From contig OZ024740.1 in NCBI GenBank assembly GCA_964016885.1, positions 14,322,001 through 14,386,000 on the forward strand: a DNA stretch of 64,000 bases, given 5' to 3'. The first letter of the stretch is position 1; every line of letters begins with the position of its first letter. The stretch is from Eledone cirrhosa. Taxonomy: Eukaryota. The notes beneath the pieces were generated by a model. The model did no database searches. It was not told the DNA's origin and saw only the letters and a program-made list of their open reading frames with translations. This document shows, piece by piece, positions 18,001 through 36,000 of this stretch. The position numbers and the translations under genes were made by a program.

Positions 18001-21000
18001 ATACCAAACGACATCCAACAAGGTACACAACATCCTATATTACACCACACAACACCCAACAAACCACACAACACCCAGGAAATCACACATCACATCAACA
18101 AACACACAACATCCAACAAACCACACAACATCCTATATTGCACGACACAACAGAACATGCCACACACTAGCCAACAAACCACACAACATCCTATATTACA
18201 CCACACAACACCCAACAAACCACACATCACACCAACAAAATACACAACATCCAACAAACCACACAACATCCTATATTGCACCACACAACACAACAAACCA
18301 CACAACAGACAACAAACCACAAAACAGCCTATATTACACCACGCAACACCCAACATACCAAACGACATCCAACAAGGTACACAACATCCTATATTACACC
18401 ACACAACACGCAACAAACACCACAACATCCTATATTACACCACACAACATCCTATATTACACAACACAACATCCTACATTACACTACACAACTCCCAACA
18501 AACCACACAACATCCTATATTACACCACACAACAACCAACAAACCACACAACACCCAACAAACCACACATCACACCAACAAAATACACAACATCCAACAA
18601 ACCACACAACATCCTATATTGCACCACACAACACAACAAACCACACAACAGACAACAAACCACAAAACAGCCTATATTACACCACGCAACACCCAACATA
18701 CCAAACGACATCCAACAAGGTACACAACATCCTATATTACACCACGCAACATCCAACAAACCAAACAACATCCAACAAACGAAACATCATCCTATATTAC
18801 ACCACACAACACCCAACAAACCAAACAACATCCAACAAACGAAACATCATCCTATATTACACCACACAACATACAACAAACCACACAACATCCTATATTA
18901 CACCACACAACTCCCACAAACCGCACAACACCCAACAAACCACGCCACACCCAACAGACCACACAACAGCCAACAAGCTACACAACATCCAACAAGCCAC
19001 ACGACATCCTATATTACACCACACAACACCCAACAAACCAAACAACATCCAACAAACGAAACATCATCCTATATTACACCACACAATATACAACAAACCA
19101 CACAACATCCTATATTACACCACACAACACCCCACAAACCGCACAACACCCAACAAACCACGCCACACCCAACAGACCACACAATAGCCAATAAGCTACA
19201 CAACATCCAACAAGCCACACGACATCCTATATTACACCACACAACAGCCAACAAGCCACACATCCTCCTATATTACACCACGCAACACCCAACAAGCCAC
19301 ACAACATACAACAAACGACACAACATCCTATATTAAACCACACAACACCCAACAAACCACACTACATACCAAAAGACACACATCATCCTATATTAGACCA
19401 CACAACATCCAACAAGACACACAACATACAACAAACGACACAACATCCTATATTAAACCACACAGCACCCAACAAACAACACTACATACCAAAAGACACA
19501 CATCATCCTATATTACACCACACAACATCCAACAAGCCACACAACATACAACAAACGACACAACATCCTATATTAAACCACACAGCACCCAACAAACAAC
19601 ACTACATACCAAAAGACACACAACATCCTATATTACACCACGCAACACCCAACAAGCCACACAACATACAACAAACGACACAACATCCTATATTAAACCA
19701 CACAACACCCAACAAACCACACTACATACCAAAAGACACACATCATCCTATATTACACCACGCAACACGCAACAAGCCACACAACATCCTATATTACACT
19801 ACACAACTCCCAACAAACCACACAACATCCTATATTACACCACACAACAACCAACAAACCACACAACACACAACGAACCAGAAAACATTCCAACCAACCA
19901 GACAACATACTATATTACACCACACAACATCCAACAAACCACACAACATCCTATATTACACCACGCAACACGCAACAAGCCACACAACATACAACAAGCC
20001 ACAGAAGATCCTATATTGCACCACACAACAGCCAACAAACCACACATCATCCTATATTACACCACGCAACACGCAACAAGCCACACAACATCCTATATTA
20101 CACCACGCAACACGCAACAAGCCACACAACATACAATAAACGACAGAACAACCTATATTAAACCACACAACACCCAACAAACCACAGAACATACCACAAG
20201 ACACACATCATCCTATATTACACAACACAAAATCCACCAAGCCACACAACATCCAACAAACCACACAAATCCTATATTACACCACACAACAGCCAACACG
20301 CCACACAACACCCAACAAACCACAGAACATCCTATATTAAACCACACAACACACAAGAAAACAACACAAAATCCAACAAACCACACATCATCATATATTT
20401 CACCACACAAAACCCAAAAAACCACACAACAGCCAACAAACCACACAACATCCTATATTACACCACACAACAAAGCACACAACACGCAACAAACCACACA
20501 GCATCCTATATTACACCAGACAACACAACAAACCACACAACATCTTATATTACACTACACAACTCCGAACTAACCACACACCATCCTATATTACACGACA
20601 CATCCTATATTACACCACACAACACCCAACAAACCACACAACATCCTATATTACAGCACACAACACACAAGCCAGAAAACATCCATCAAACCAGACGACA
20701 TCCTATATTACACCACACAACATCCAACAAACCACACAACATCCTATATTACACCACACAACACCAACAAACCAAACATCATACAACAGACGACACAACA
20801 TCCTATATTGCACCACACAACATCCTACATTACACTACACAACACCCGACAAATTGCACAACATCCAACAAACCACAGAAAACCCTATATGACACAACAG
20901 CCAACACGCCACACAACATCCAACAAACCACACAACATTTTATATTACACCACACATCACCCAACAAACCACACAACATCCAACAAAGCACACAACATCC

Positions 21001-24000
21001 AACAAACCACACGACATCCTATATTACACCACACAACACCCAACAAACCACACAACACCCAGGAAATCACACATCACATCAACAAACACACAACATCCAA
21101 CAAACCACACAACATCCTATATTTAACGACACAACAGAACATGCCACACACTAGCCAACAAACCACACAACATCCTATATTACACCACACAACACCCAAC
21201 AAACCACACATCACACCAACAAAATACACAACATCCAACAAACCACACAACATCCTATATTGCACCACACAACACAACAAACCACACAACAGACAACAAA
21301 CCACAAAACAGCCTATATTACACCACGCAACACCCAACATACCAAACGACATCCAACAAGGTACACAACATCCTATATTACACCACACAACACCCAACAA
21401 ACCACACAACACCCAGGAAATCACACATCACATCAACAAACACACAACATCCAACAAACCACACAACATCCTATATTGCACGACACAACAGAACATGCCA
21501 CACACTAGCCAACAAACCACACAACATCCTATATTACACCACACAACACCCAACAAACCACACATCACACCAACAAAATACACAACATCCAACAAACCAC
21601 ACAACATCCTATATTGCACCACACAACACAACAAACCACACAACAGACAACAAACCACAAAACAGCCTATATTACACCACGCAACACCCAACATACCAAA
21701 CGACATCCAACAAGGTACACAACATCCTATATTACACCACGCAACATCCAACAAACCAAACAACATCCAACAAACGAAACATCATCCTATATTACACCAC
21801 ACAACACCCAACAAACCAAACAACATCCAACAAACGAAACATCATCCTATATTACACCACACAACATACAACAAACCACACAACATCCTATATTACACCA
21901 CACAACACCCCACAAACCGCACAACACCCAACAAACCACGCCACACCCAACAGACCACACAACAGCCAACAAGCTACACAACATCCAACAAGCCACACGA
22001 CATCCTATATTACACCACACAACACCCAACAAACCAAGCAACATCCAACAAACGAAACATCATCCTATATTACACCACACAACATACAACAAACCACACA
22101 ACATCCTATATTACACCACACAACACCCCACAAACCGCACAACACCCAACAAACCACGCCACACCCAACAGACCACACAACAGCCAATAAGCTACACAAC
22201 ATCCAACAAGCCACACGACATCCTACATTACACCACACAACACCCAACAAACCAAGCAACATCCAACAAACGAAACATCATCCTATATTACACCACACAA
22301 CATACAACAAACCACACAACATCCTATATTACACCACACAACACCCCACAAACCGCACAACAACCAACAAACCCCGCCACACCCAACAGACCACACAACA
22401 GCCAATAAGCTACACGACATCCAACAAGCCACACGACATCCTATATTACACCACACAACAGCCAACAAGCCACACATCCTCCCATATTACACCACGCAAC
22501 ACCCAACAAGCCACACAACATACAACAAACGACACAACATCCTATATTAAACCACACAACACCCAACAAACCACACTACATACCAAAAGACACACATCAT
22601 CCTATATTAGACCACACAACATCCAACAAGCCACACAACATACAACAAACGACACAACATCCTATATTAAACCACACAACACCCAACAAACCACACTACA
22701 TACGAAAAGACACACATCATCCTATATTACACCACGCAACACCCAACAAGCCACACAACATACAACAAACGACACAACATCCTATATTAAACCACACAAC
22801 ACCCAACAAACCACACTACATACCAAAAGACACACATCATCCTATATTACACCACACAACATCCAACAAGCCACACAACATACAACAAACGACACAACAT
22901 CCTATATTAAACCACACAACACCCAACAAACCACACTACATACCAAAAGACACACGTCATCCTATATTACACCACGCAACACCCAACAAGCCACACAACA
23001 TACAACAAACGACACAACATCCTATATTAAACCACACAACACCCAACAAACCACACTACATACCAAAAGACACACATCATCCTATATTACACCACGCAAC
23101 ACGCAACAAGCCACACAACATACAATAAACGACAGAACAACCTATATTAAACCACACAACACCCAACAAACCACAGAACATACCACAAGACACACATCAT
23201 CCTATATTACACAACACAAAATCCACCAAGCCACACAACATGCAACAAACCACACAAATCCTATATTACACCACACAACAGCCAACACGCCACACAACAC
23301 CCAACAAACCACAGAACATCCTATATTAAACCACACAACACACAAGAAAACAACACAAAATCCAACAAACCACACATCATCATATATTTCACCACACAAA
23401 ACCCAAAAAACCACACAACAGCCAACAAACCACACAACATCCTATATTACACCACACAACAAAGCACACAACACGCAACAAACCACACAGCATCCTATAT
23501 TACACCAGACAACACCCAACAAACCAAACAACATCCAACAAACGAAACATCATCCTATATTACACCACACAACATACAACAAACCACACAACATCCTATA
23601 TTACACCAGACAACACAACAAACCACACAACATCTTATATTACACTACACAACTCCGAACTAACCACACACCATCCTATATTACACGACACATCCTATAT
23701 TACACCACACAACACCCAACAAACCACACAACATCCTATATTACAGCACACAACACACAAGCCAGAAAACATCCATCAAACCAGACGACATCCTATATTA
23801 CACCACACAACATCCAACAAACCACACAACATCCTATATTACACCACACAACACCAACAAACCAAACATCATACAACAGACGACACAACATCCTATATTG
23901 CACCACACAACATCCTACATTACACTACACAACACCCGACAAATTGCACAACGTCCAACAAACCACAGAAAACCCTATATGATACAACAGCCAACACGCC

Positions 24001-27000
24001 ACACAACATCCAACAAACCACACAACATTTTATATTACACCACACATCACCCAACAAACCACACAACATCCAACAAAGCACACAACATCCAACAAACCAC
24101 ACGACATCCTATATTACACCACACAACACCCAACAAACCACACAACACCCAGGAAATCACACATCACATCAACAAACACACAACATCCAACAAACCACAC
24201 AAAATCCAATATTGCACGACACAACAGAACATGCCACACACTAGCCAACAAACCACACAACATCCTATATTACACCACACAATACCCAACAAACCACACA
24301 TCACACCAACAAAATACACAACATCCAACAAACCACACAACATCCTATATTGCACCACACAACACAACAAACCACACAACAGACAACAAACCACAAAACA
24401 GCCTATATTACACCACGCAACACCCAACATACCAAACGAAATCCAACAAGGTACACAACATCCTATATTACACCACGCAACATCCAACAAACCAAACAAC
24501 ATCCAACAAACGAAACATCATCCTATATTACATCACACAACACCCAACAAACCAAACAACATCCAACAAACGAAACATCATCCTATATTACACCACACAA
24601 CATATAACAAACGACATAACATCCTATATTACACCACACAACACCCCACAAACCGCACAACACCCAACAAACCACGCCACACCCAACAGACCACACAACA
24701 GCCAACAAGCTACACAACATCCAACAAGCCACACGACATCCTATATTACACCACACAACACCCAACAAACCAAACAGCATCCAACAAACGAAACATCATC
24801 CTATATTACACCACACAACATACAACAAACCACACAACATCCTATATTACATCACACAACACCCCACAAACCGCACAACACCCAACAAACCCCGGCACAC
24901 CCAACAGACCACACAACAGCCAATAAGCTACACAACATCCAACAAGCCACACGACATCCTATATTACACCACACAACAGCCAACAAGCCACACATCCTCC
25001 TATATTACACCACGCAACACCCAACAAGCCACACAACATACAACAAACGACACAACATCCTATATTAAACCACACAACACCCAACAAACCACACTACATA
25101 CCAAAAGACACACATCATCCTATATTACACCACACAACATCCAACAAGCCACACAACATACAACAAACGACACAACATCCTATATTAAACCACACAACAC
25201 CCAACAAACCACACTACATACCAAAAGACACACATCATCCTATATTACACCACGCAACACCCAACAAGCCACACAACATACAACAAACGACACAACATCC
25301 TATATTAAACCACACAACACCCAACAAACCACTCTACATACCAAAAGACACACATCATCCTATATTACACCACGCAACACGCAACAAGCCACACAACATA
25401 CAATAAACGACAGAACAACCTATATTAAACCACACAACACCCAACAAACCACAGAACATACCACAAGACACACATCATCCTATATTACACAACACAAAAT
25501 CCACCAAGCCACACAACATCCAACAAACCACACAAATCCTATATTACACCACACAACAGCCAACACGCCACACAACACCCAACAAACCACAGAACATCCT
25601 ATATTAAACCACACAACACACAAGAAAACAACACAAAATCCAACAAACCACACATCATCATATATTTCACCACACAAAACCCAAAAAACCACACAACAGC
25701 CAACAAACCACACAACATCCTATATTACACCACACAACAAAGCACACAACACGCAACAAACCACACAGCATCCTATATTACACCAGGCAACACAACAAAC
25801 CACACAACATCTTATATTACACTACACAACTCCGAACTAACCACACACCATCCTATATTATACGACACATCCTATATTACACCACACAACACCCAACAAA
25901 CCACACAACATCCTATATTACAGCACACAACACACAAGCCAGAAAACATCCATCAAACCAGACGACATCCTATATTACACCAAACAACATCCAACAAACC
26001 ACACAACATCCTATATTACACCACACAACACCAACAAACCAAACATCATACAACAGACGACACAACATCCAACAAAGCAAACAAGATCCTATGTTACACC
26101 ACACAACAGCCTGTATTACACCACACAACAGCCAACAAATAACACAACAGCCAACAAATAACACAACATCCTATATTACATCACACAACACACAACAAAC
26201 CACACATCATCATATATTACACCACAAAACACCCAACAAACCACCCAGCAGCCAACAAACCACACAACACCGAACAAACCACACAGCAGCCAACAAACCA
26301 CACAACATCCCATATTACACTACACAACACCCAACAAGCCACACAATATCTTATATTACATCACACAACATGCTATATTACACCATACACAGCCAACAGG
26401 CCACACAACAACCAACAAACAACACAGCATCCTATATTACACCATACAACACCAACAAACCAAACATCACCCAACAAACCACACAAAATCCAATAAACGA
26501 CCCAACATCCTATATTACACCACACAAAATCCTATATTACACCACACAACACACAACAAACCACACAACGCCCAACACGCCACACAGCGCCCAACAAACC
26601 ACACAGCACCCAACGAACCACAATATTCTACAAATCACACAACATCCTATATTACACCACACAACACCCAACAAACCACACATCGTCCAACACATCACAC
26701 AACATCCTATATTACACATCACAACACACAACAAACCACACAACAATCAGCAAACCACACACCATCCTATATTACACCACACAGCACCCAACAACCCACA
26801 CAACATCCAACAAACGACACAACATCCTATATTACACCACACAACACCCAACAAACCAGACACGTGCCTATATTACACCACACATCAGCTAACACGCCAC
26901 ACAACATCCGACAAACCACACAACATCCTATATTACACCACACAACACCCAACGAACCATACAAGATCCTACTAACCACACAACATCCTATATTACACCA

Positions 27001-30000
27001 CAAAATAGCAAACACGCCACATAACAGCCAACAAACCACACAATATCCTATATTACACCACATAACACCCAATAAACCACACAATATCCAACAAACCAAA
27101 CAACATATTATATTACACCCCACAACAGCTAACAAACCACACAACACCGAACAAACCAGACAACAGCCAACAAACCACACGGCATGCTGTATTACACCAT
27201 ACAACACCTAACAAACTACACAACAGTCAACAAATCATACAACATCCTATATTACACCACACAACACGCAACAAACATACAACATCCAACAAACCACACA
27301 ACATCCTATATTACACCACACAACAGCCAACAAGCCACACATCCTCCTATATTACACCACGCAACACCCAACAAGCCACACAACATACAACAAACGACAC
27401 AACATCCTATATTAAACCACACAACACCCAACAAACCACACTACATACCAAAAGACACACATCATCCTATATTACACCACACAACATCCAACAAGCCACA
27501 CAACATACAACAAACGACACAACATCCTATATTAAACCACACAACACCCAACAAACCACACTACATACCAAAAGACACACATCATCCTATATTACACCAC
27601 GCAACACCCAACAAGCCACACAACATACAACAAACGACACAACATCCTATATTAAACCACACAACACCCAACAAACCACTCTACATACCAAAAGACACAC
27701 ATCATCCTATATTACACCACGCAACACGCAACAAGCCACACAACATACAATAAACGACAGAACAACCTATATTAAACCACACAACACCCAACAAACCACA
27801 GAACATACCACAAGACACACATCATCCTATATTACACAACACAAAATCCACCAAGCCACACAACATCCAACAAACCACACAAATCCTATATTACACCACA
27901 CAACAGCCAACACGCCACACAACACCCAACAAACCACAGAACATCCTATATTAAACCACACAACACACAAGAAAACAACACAAAATCCAACAAACCACAC
28001 ATCATCATATATTTCACCACACAAAACCCAAAAAACCACACAACAGCCAACAAACCACACAACATCCTATATTACACCACACAACAAAGCACACAACACG
28101 CAACAAACCACACAGCATCCTATATTACACCAGGCAACACAACAAACCACACAACATCTTATATTACACTACACAACTCCGAACTAACCACACACCATCC
28201 TATATTATACGACACATCCTATATTACACCACACAACACCCAACAAACCACACAACATCCTATATTACAGCACACAACACACAAGCCAGAAAACATCCAT
28301 CAAACCAGACGACATCCTATATTACACCAAACAACATCCAACAAACCACACAACATCCTATATTACACCACACAACACCAACAAACCAAACATCATACAA
28401 CAGACGACACAACATCCAACAAAGCAAACAAGATCCTATGTTACACCACACAACAGCCTGTATTACACCACACAACAGCCAACAAATAACACAACAGCCA
28501 ACAAATAACACAACATCCTATATTACATCACACAACACACAACAAACCACACATCATCATATATTACACCACAAAACACCCAACAAACCACCCAGCAGCC
28601 AACAAACCACACAACACCGAACAAACCACACAGCAGCCAACAAACCACACAACATCCCATATTACACTACACAACACCCAACAAGCCACACAATATCTTA
28701 TATTACATCACACAACATGCTATATTACACCATACACAGCCAACAGGCCACACAACAACCAACAAACAACACAGCATCCTATATTACACCATACAACACC
28801 AACAAACCAAACATCACCCAACAAACCACACAAAATCCAATAAACGACCCAACATCCTATATTACACCACACAAAATCCTATATTACACCACACAACACA
28901 CAACAAACCACACAACGCCCAACACGCCACACAGCGCCCAACAAACCACACAGCACCCAACGAACCACAATATTCTACAAATCACACAACATCCTATATT
29001 ACACCACACAACACCCAACAAACCACACATCGTCCAACACATCACACAACATCCTATATTACACATCACAACACACAACAAACCACACAACAATCAGCAA
29101 ACCACACACCATCCTATATTACACCACACAGCACCCAACAACCCACACAACATCCAACAAACGACACAACATCCTATATTACACCACACAACACCCAACA
29201 AACCAGACACGTGCCTATATTACACCACACATCAGCTAACACGCCACACAACATCCGACAAACCACACAACATCCTATATTACACCACACAACACCCAAC
29301 GAACCATACAAGATCCTACTAACCACACAACATCCTATATTACCCCACAAAATAGCAAACACGCCACATAACAGCCAACAAACCACACAATATCCTATAT
29401 TACACCACATAACACCCAATAAACCACACAATATCCAACAAACCAAACAACATATTATATTACACCCCACAACAGCTAACAAACCACACAACACCGAACA
29501 AACCAGACAACAGCCAACAAACCACACGGCATGCTGTATTACACCATACAACACCTAACAAACTACACAACAGTCAACAAATCATACAACATCCTATATT
29601 ACACCACACAACACGCAACAAACATACAACATCCAACAAACCACACAACATCCTATATTACACCACATAACAGCCAACACGCCACACAACAGCCAACAAA
29701 CCACACAACATCCAAAAAAACAACACAACATCCTATATTACACCACACAACACACCAAACCACACAAAAGCCAACACACCACAAAACATCTTATGTTACA
29801 CCACACAACATCCAACAAGCCACACAACATCCTATATTACACCACACAAAAGCCAACACGCCACACAACATCCTATGTCACACCACACAACACCCAACAA
29901 ACCCCACAAAATCCAACAGATCACACAACATCCTATATCACACCACACAACAGCCAACAACCCACACAACATCCAACAAGCGACATAACATCCTATATTA

Positions 30001-33000
30001 CACAACACAACACGCAACAAACACCACACAATACCCAACAAACCACACAATAGCCAACAAACTACACAACATCCTATATTATACCACACAACACCCAACA
30101 AACCACACATCATACTATATTACACCACACAATATCCTATATTACACAACAAATCACACAACATCCTATATTACACCACACAACACCCAACAAAGCAAAC
30201 AAGATCCTATGTTACACCACACAACAGCCTGTATTACACCACACAACAGCCAACAAATAACACAACAGCCAACAAATAACACAACAGCCAACAAATAACA
30301 CAACATCCTATATTACATCACACAACACACAACAAACCACACATCATCATATATTACACCACAAAACACCCAACAAACCACCCAGCAGCCAACAAACCAC
30401 ACAACACCGAACAAACCACACAGCAGCCAACAAACCACACAACATCCTATATTACACCACACAACACCCAACAAGCCACACAACATCCAACAAACCACAC
30501 AACATCCTATATTACACCACACAACACCCATCAAGCCACACAACATCCTATATTACACCCACACAACACCGAACAAACCAAACAACATCCAACAAACCAC
30601 ACAATATCTTATATTACATCACACAACATGCTATATTACACCATACACAGCCAACAGGCCACACAACAACCAACAAACAACACTGCATCCTATATTACAC
30701 CATACAACACCAACAAACCAAACATCACCCAACAAACCACACAAAATCCAATAAACGACCCAACATCCTATATTACACCACACAAAATCCTATATTACAC
30801 CACACAACACACAACAAACCACACAACGCCCAACACGCCACACAGCGCCCAACAAACCACACAGCACCCAACGAACCACAATATTCTACAAATCACACAA
30901 CATCCTATATTACACCACACAACACCCAACAAACCACACATCATCCAACACATCACACAACATCCTATATTACACATCACAACACACAACAAACCACACA
31001 ACAATCAGCAAACCACACACCATCCTATATTACACCACACAGCACCCAACAACCCACACAACATCCAACAAACGACACAACATCCTATATTACACCACAC
31101 AACACCCAACAAACCAGACACGTGCCTATATTACACCACACATCAGCTAACACGCCACACAACATCCGACAAACCACACAACATCCTATATTACACCACA
31201 CAACACCCAACGAACCATACAAGATCCTACTAACCACACAACATCCTATATTACACCACACAATAGCAAACACGCCACATAACAGCCAACAAACCACACA
31301 ATATCCTATATTACACCACATAACACCCAATAAACCACACAATATCCAACAAACCAAACAACATATTATATTACACCCCACAACAGCTAACAAACCACAC
31401 AACACCGAACAAACCAGACAACAGCCAACAAACCACACGGCATGCTGTATTACACCATACAACACCCAACAAACTACACAACAGTCAACAAATCATACAA
31501 CATCCTATATTACACCACACAACACGCAACAAACCATACAACATCCAACAAACCACACAACGTTCTATATTACACCACACAACAGCCAACACGCCAGACA
31601 ACAGCCAACAATCCACACAACAACCAAAAAACCACACAACATCCTATATTAGACCACACAACAAACCAAACCACACAACATCCAACACACCACAAAACAT
31701 CTTATATTACACCACACGACATCCAACAAGCCACACAACATCCTATATTACACCACACAACAGCCAACACATCCCACAACAACCTATGTCACACCACACA
31801 ATACCCAACAAACCCCATAACAGCCAACAGATCACACAACATCCTATATTACACCACACAACAGGCAGCAAACACCACACAACACCCAACAAACGACACA
31901 ATAGCCAACAAACCACACAACATCCTGTATTATACCACACAACACCCAACAAATCACATAACGTCCTATATTACACCACACAATATCCTATATTACACCA
32001 CACGACACCCAACAAATCCCACAACATCCTATATTACACCACACAATAGCCAACAAATCACACAACATCCTATATTACATCACACAACACACAACAAACC
32101 ACACAGCATGCTGTATTACACCACACAACACCCAACAAAATACACAACAGCCAACAAACCACACAACATCCTATATTACACCACACAAAGCGCAACAAAC
32201 CACACAACATCCAGTGAACCACACAACATCCTATATTACACTACACAACACCCAACAAATCACACAACATCCAACTAACCATACAACATCCTATATTACA
32301 CCTTACAACAGCCAATACGCCACACAAGAGCCAACAAATCACACAACATCCTATATTACACCAGACAACACCCAACAAACCATACAACATCCAACAAACC
32401 ACACAACAACCTATATTACATCACACAACAGCCAACACGCCACACAACAGCCAACAAACCACACAACATCCAACAAACCACACAACATCCTATATTACAC
32501 CACACAACACAACAAACCACACAACAGCCAACACACCACAAAACATCTTATATTACATCACACAACACCCAACAAGCCACACAACATCCTATATTACACC
32601 ACACAACAGCCAACACGCCACACAACATTCTATATTACACCATACAAAAGCCAACAAACCACACAACATCCTATATTACACCACACAACACACAACAAAT
32701 AACCCAGCAGCCAACAAACCACACAACACCGAAAAAACCACATATCAGCCAACAAAACACACAATATCCTATATTACACTACACAACACCCAACAAGCCA
32801 CACAGCACCCACCAAACCACACAACATCCTATATTACACCACACAACACCTGACAAGTCACACAACACCCAACAAACCACAAAAAATCCTATATTACACC
32901 ACACAACACCCAAAAAGCCACACAACATCCAACAAAGCACACAACATCCTATATTACACCCATACAACACCCAACAAACCAAACAACATCCAACAAACCA

Positions 33001-36000
33001 CACAATATCCTATATTACATCACACAACATGCTATATTACACCATACACAGCCAACAGGCCACACAACAACCAACAAACAACACAGCATCCTATATTACA
33101 CCACACAACACCAACAAACCAAACATCACCCAACAAACCACACAAAATCCAATAAACGACCCAACATCCTATATTACACCACACAACATCCTATATTACA
33201 CCACACAACACGCAACAAACAACACAACATCCTATATTACACCACACAACAGTCAAGACGCCACACAACTTCGTATATTACACCACACAACACCCAACAA
33301 ACCAGACAGGAGCCTATATTACACCACACATCAGCTAACACGCCACACAACATCCGACAAACCACACAACATCCTATATTACACCACACAACACCCAACG
33401 AACCATACAAGATCCAACTAACCACACAACATCCTATATTACACCACACAATAGCAAACACGCCACACAATAGCCAACAAACCACACATCATCCAACACA
33501 TCACAAAACATCCTATATTACAGATCACAACACCCAACAACCACACAACATCCTATATTTCACTGCACAACAGCCAACAAGCCCACAACATCCAACAAAC
33601 GACACAACACCCTATGTTACACCATACAACACGCAGCAAACACCACAATAGCCAACAAACCACACGACTTCCTATATTATACCACACAACACCAAACAAA
33701 CCACACAACATCCAACACACGACACAACATCCTATATTACACTACACAACAGCCAACACGCCACACAACTTCGTATATTACACCACACAACACCCAACAA
33801 ACCAGACACCATCCTATATTACACCACACAACATCCTATATTACACCACACAACATCCTATATTACACCACACAACATCCTATATTACACCACGCAACAT
33901 CCTATATTACACCACACAACATCCTATATTACACCACGCAACATCCTATATTACACCACACAACATCCTATATTACACCACGCAACATCCTATATTACAC
34001 CACACAACATCCTATATTACACCACGCAACATCCTATATTACACCACACAACATCCTATATTACACCACGCAACATCCTATATTACACCACACAACACCC
34101 AACAAAACACACAACACCAAACAAAACACAAAACGTCCTATATTACACCACACAACACCCAACAAACCATACAACATTCTACAAACCACACAATATCCTA
34201 TATTACACCACACAACGCCCAACAAATCACACAACATCCTATATTACACCACACAATAGTCAACAAGCCACACAACAACCTATATAACACCACCCAACAC
34301 CCAACAAAGCACACAACATCCTATATTACACCACACAACACACAACAAACCACACATCATCATATATTATACCACAAAACACCCAACAACCCACACAACA
34401 GCCAGCAAACAACACAACACCGAACAAACCACCAAACAGCCAACAAGCCACACAGCATGCTGTATTACAACACACAACACCCAACAAACCACACAACATC
34501 CTATATTACACCACACAACTTTCTATATTACACCACATAACAGCCAACACGCCTCACAACATTCTACAAACCACACAACATCCTATATTACACCACACAA
34601 CACCCAACAAATCACACAACATCCTATATTACACCACACAATAGCCAACAAGCCACACAACAACCTATATTACACCACACAACACCCAACAAACCACACA
34701 ACATCCTATATTACACCACACAACTTTCAATATTACACTACATAACAGCCAACACGCCACACAACATCCTATATTACACCATTGAACACCCAACAAACCA
34801 CACAACGTCCTATATTACACCACAAAACATCCTATATCACACCACATAACACACAACAAACCACACAACATCTCATATTACACCACACAACAGCCACACG
34901 CCACACAACATTCTATATTACACTACACAACAACCAACGGACCACAAATCATCGTATATTACACCGCACAACACCCAACAAACCACACAACACCCAATAC
35001 GCCACACAACACACAACAAACCACAGAACACCCAACAAACAAGACAACAGCCAACAAACCACACAACATCCTATATTACACCACACAACACCCAACAAAC
35101 CACACAGCATTCAACAAACCATACAATATCCTATATTAAACCACACAACACCCAACAAGCCACACAACATCCTATATTACACCAGACAACACCCAACAAA
35201 CCACACACAGCCAACAAGCCACACAGTATTCTATATTACACAACACGACACCCAACAAACAACACAACAGCCAACAAACCACACAACACCCAACAAACCA
35301 CACAACAGCCAACAAACCACACAACATCCAGCGAAACACACAGCATCCTATATTACACCACAAAACACCCAACAAGCCACACAACATCCTGTATTACACC
35401 ACACAACACCCAACAAACTACACAACAGACAATAAACCATACAACATCCCATATTACCCCACACAACACTCAACAAACCACACAACAGCCAACAAACCAC
35501 ACAACATCCTATATTACACTACACAACACCCTACAAACCATACAACATAATATATTACACCACACAACACCCAACAAGCCACACAACATCCTATATTACA
35601 CCACAAAACACCCAACAAAGCACACAACATCCTATATTATACGACACAACACCCAACAAAGCACACAACATCCTATATTACACCACACAACATCCTATAT
35701 TACACCAAACAACACCCAACAAACCACGCAAAATCCTATTTTACAAACACAACGGCCATCAAGCCAAACAAAATCATATATTGCACCACACAACATCTTA
35801 TATTACACCACACAACAGACAACACGCCACACAACATTCTATATTACACCACACAACAACCAACAAACCACACAACATCGTATGTTACACCACACAACGC
35901 CCAACAAAGCACACAACACCCAACACGCCACACAGCACCCAACAAACCACACAACATCCTATATTACACCACACAACACCCAACAAACCACACAACAGCC

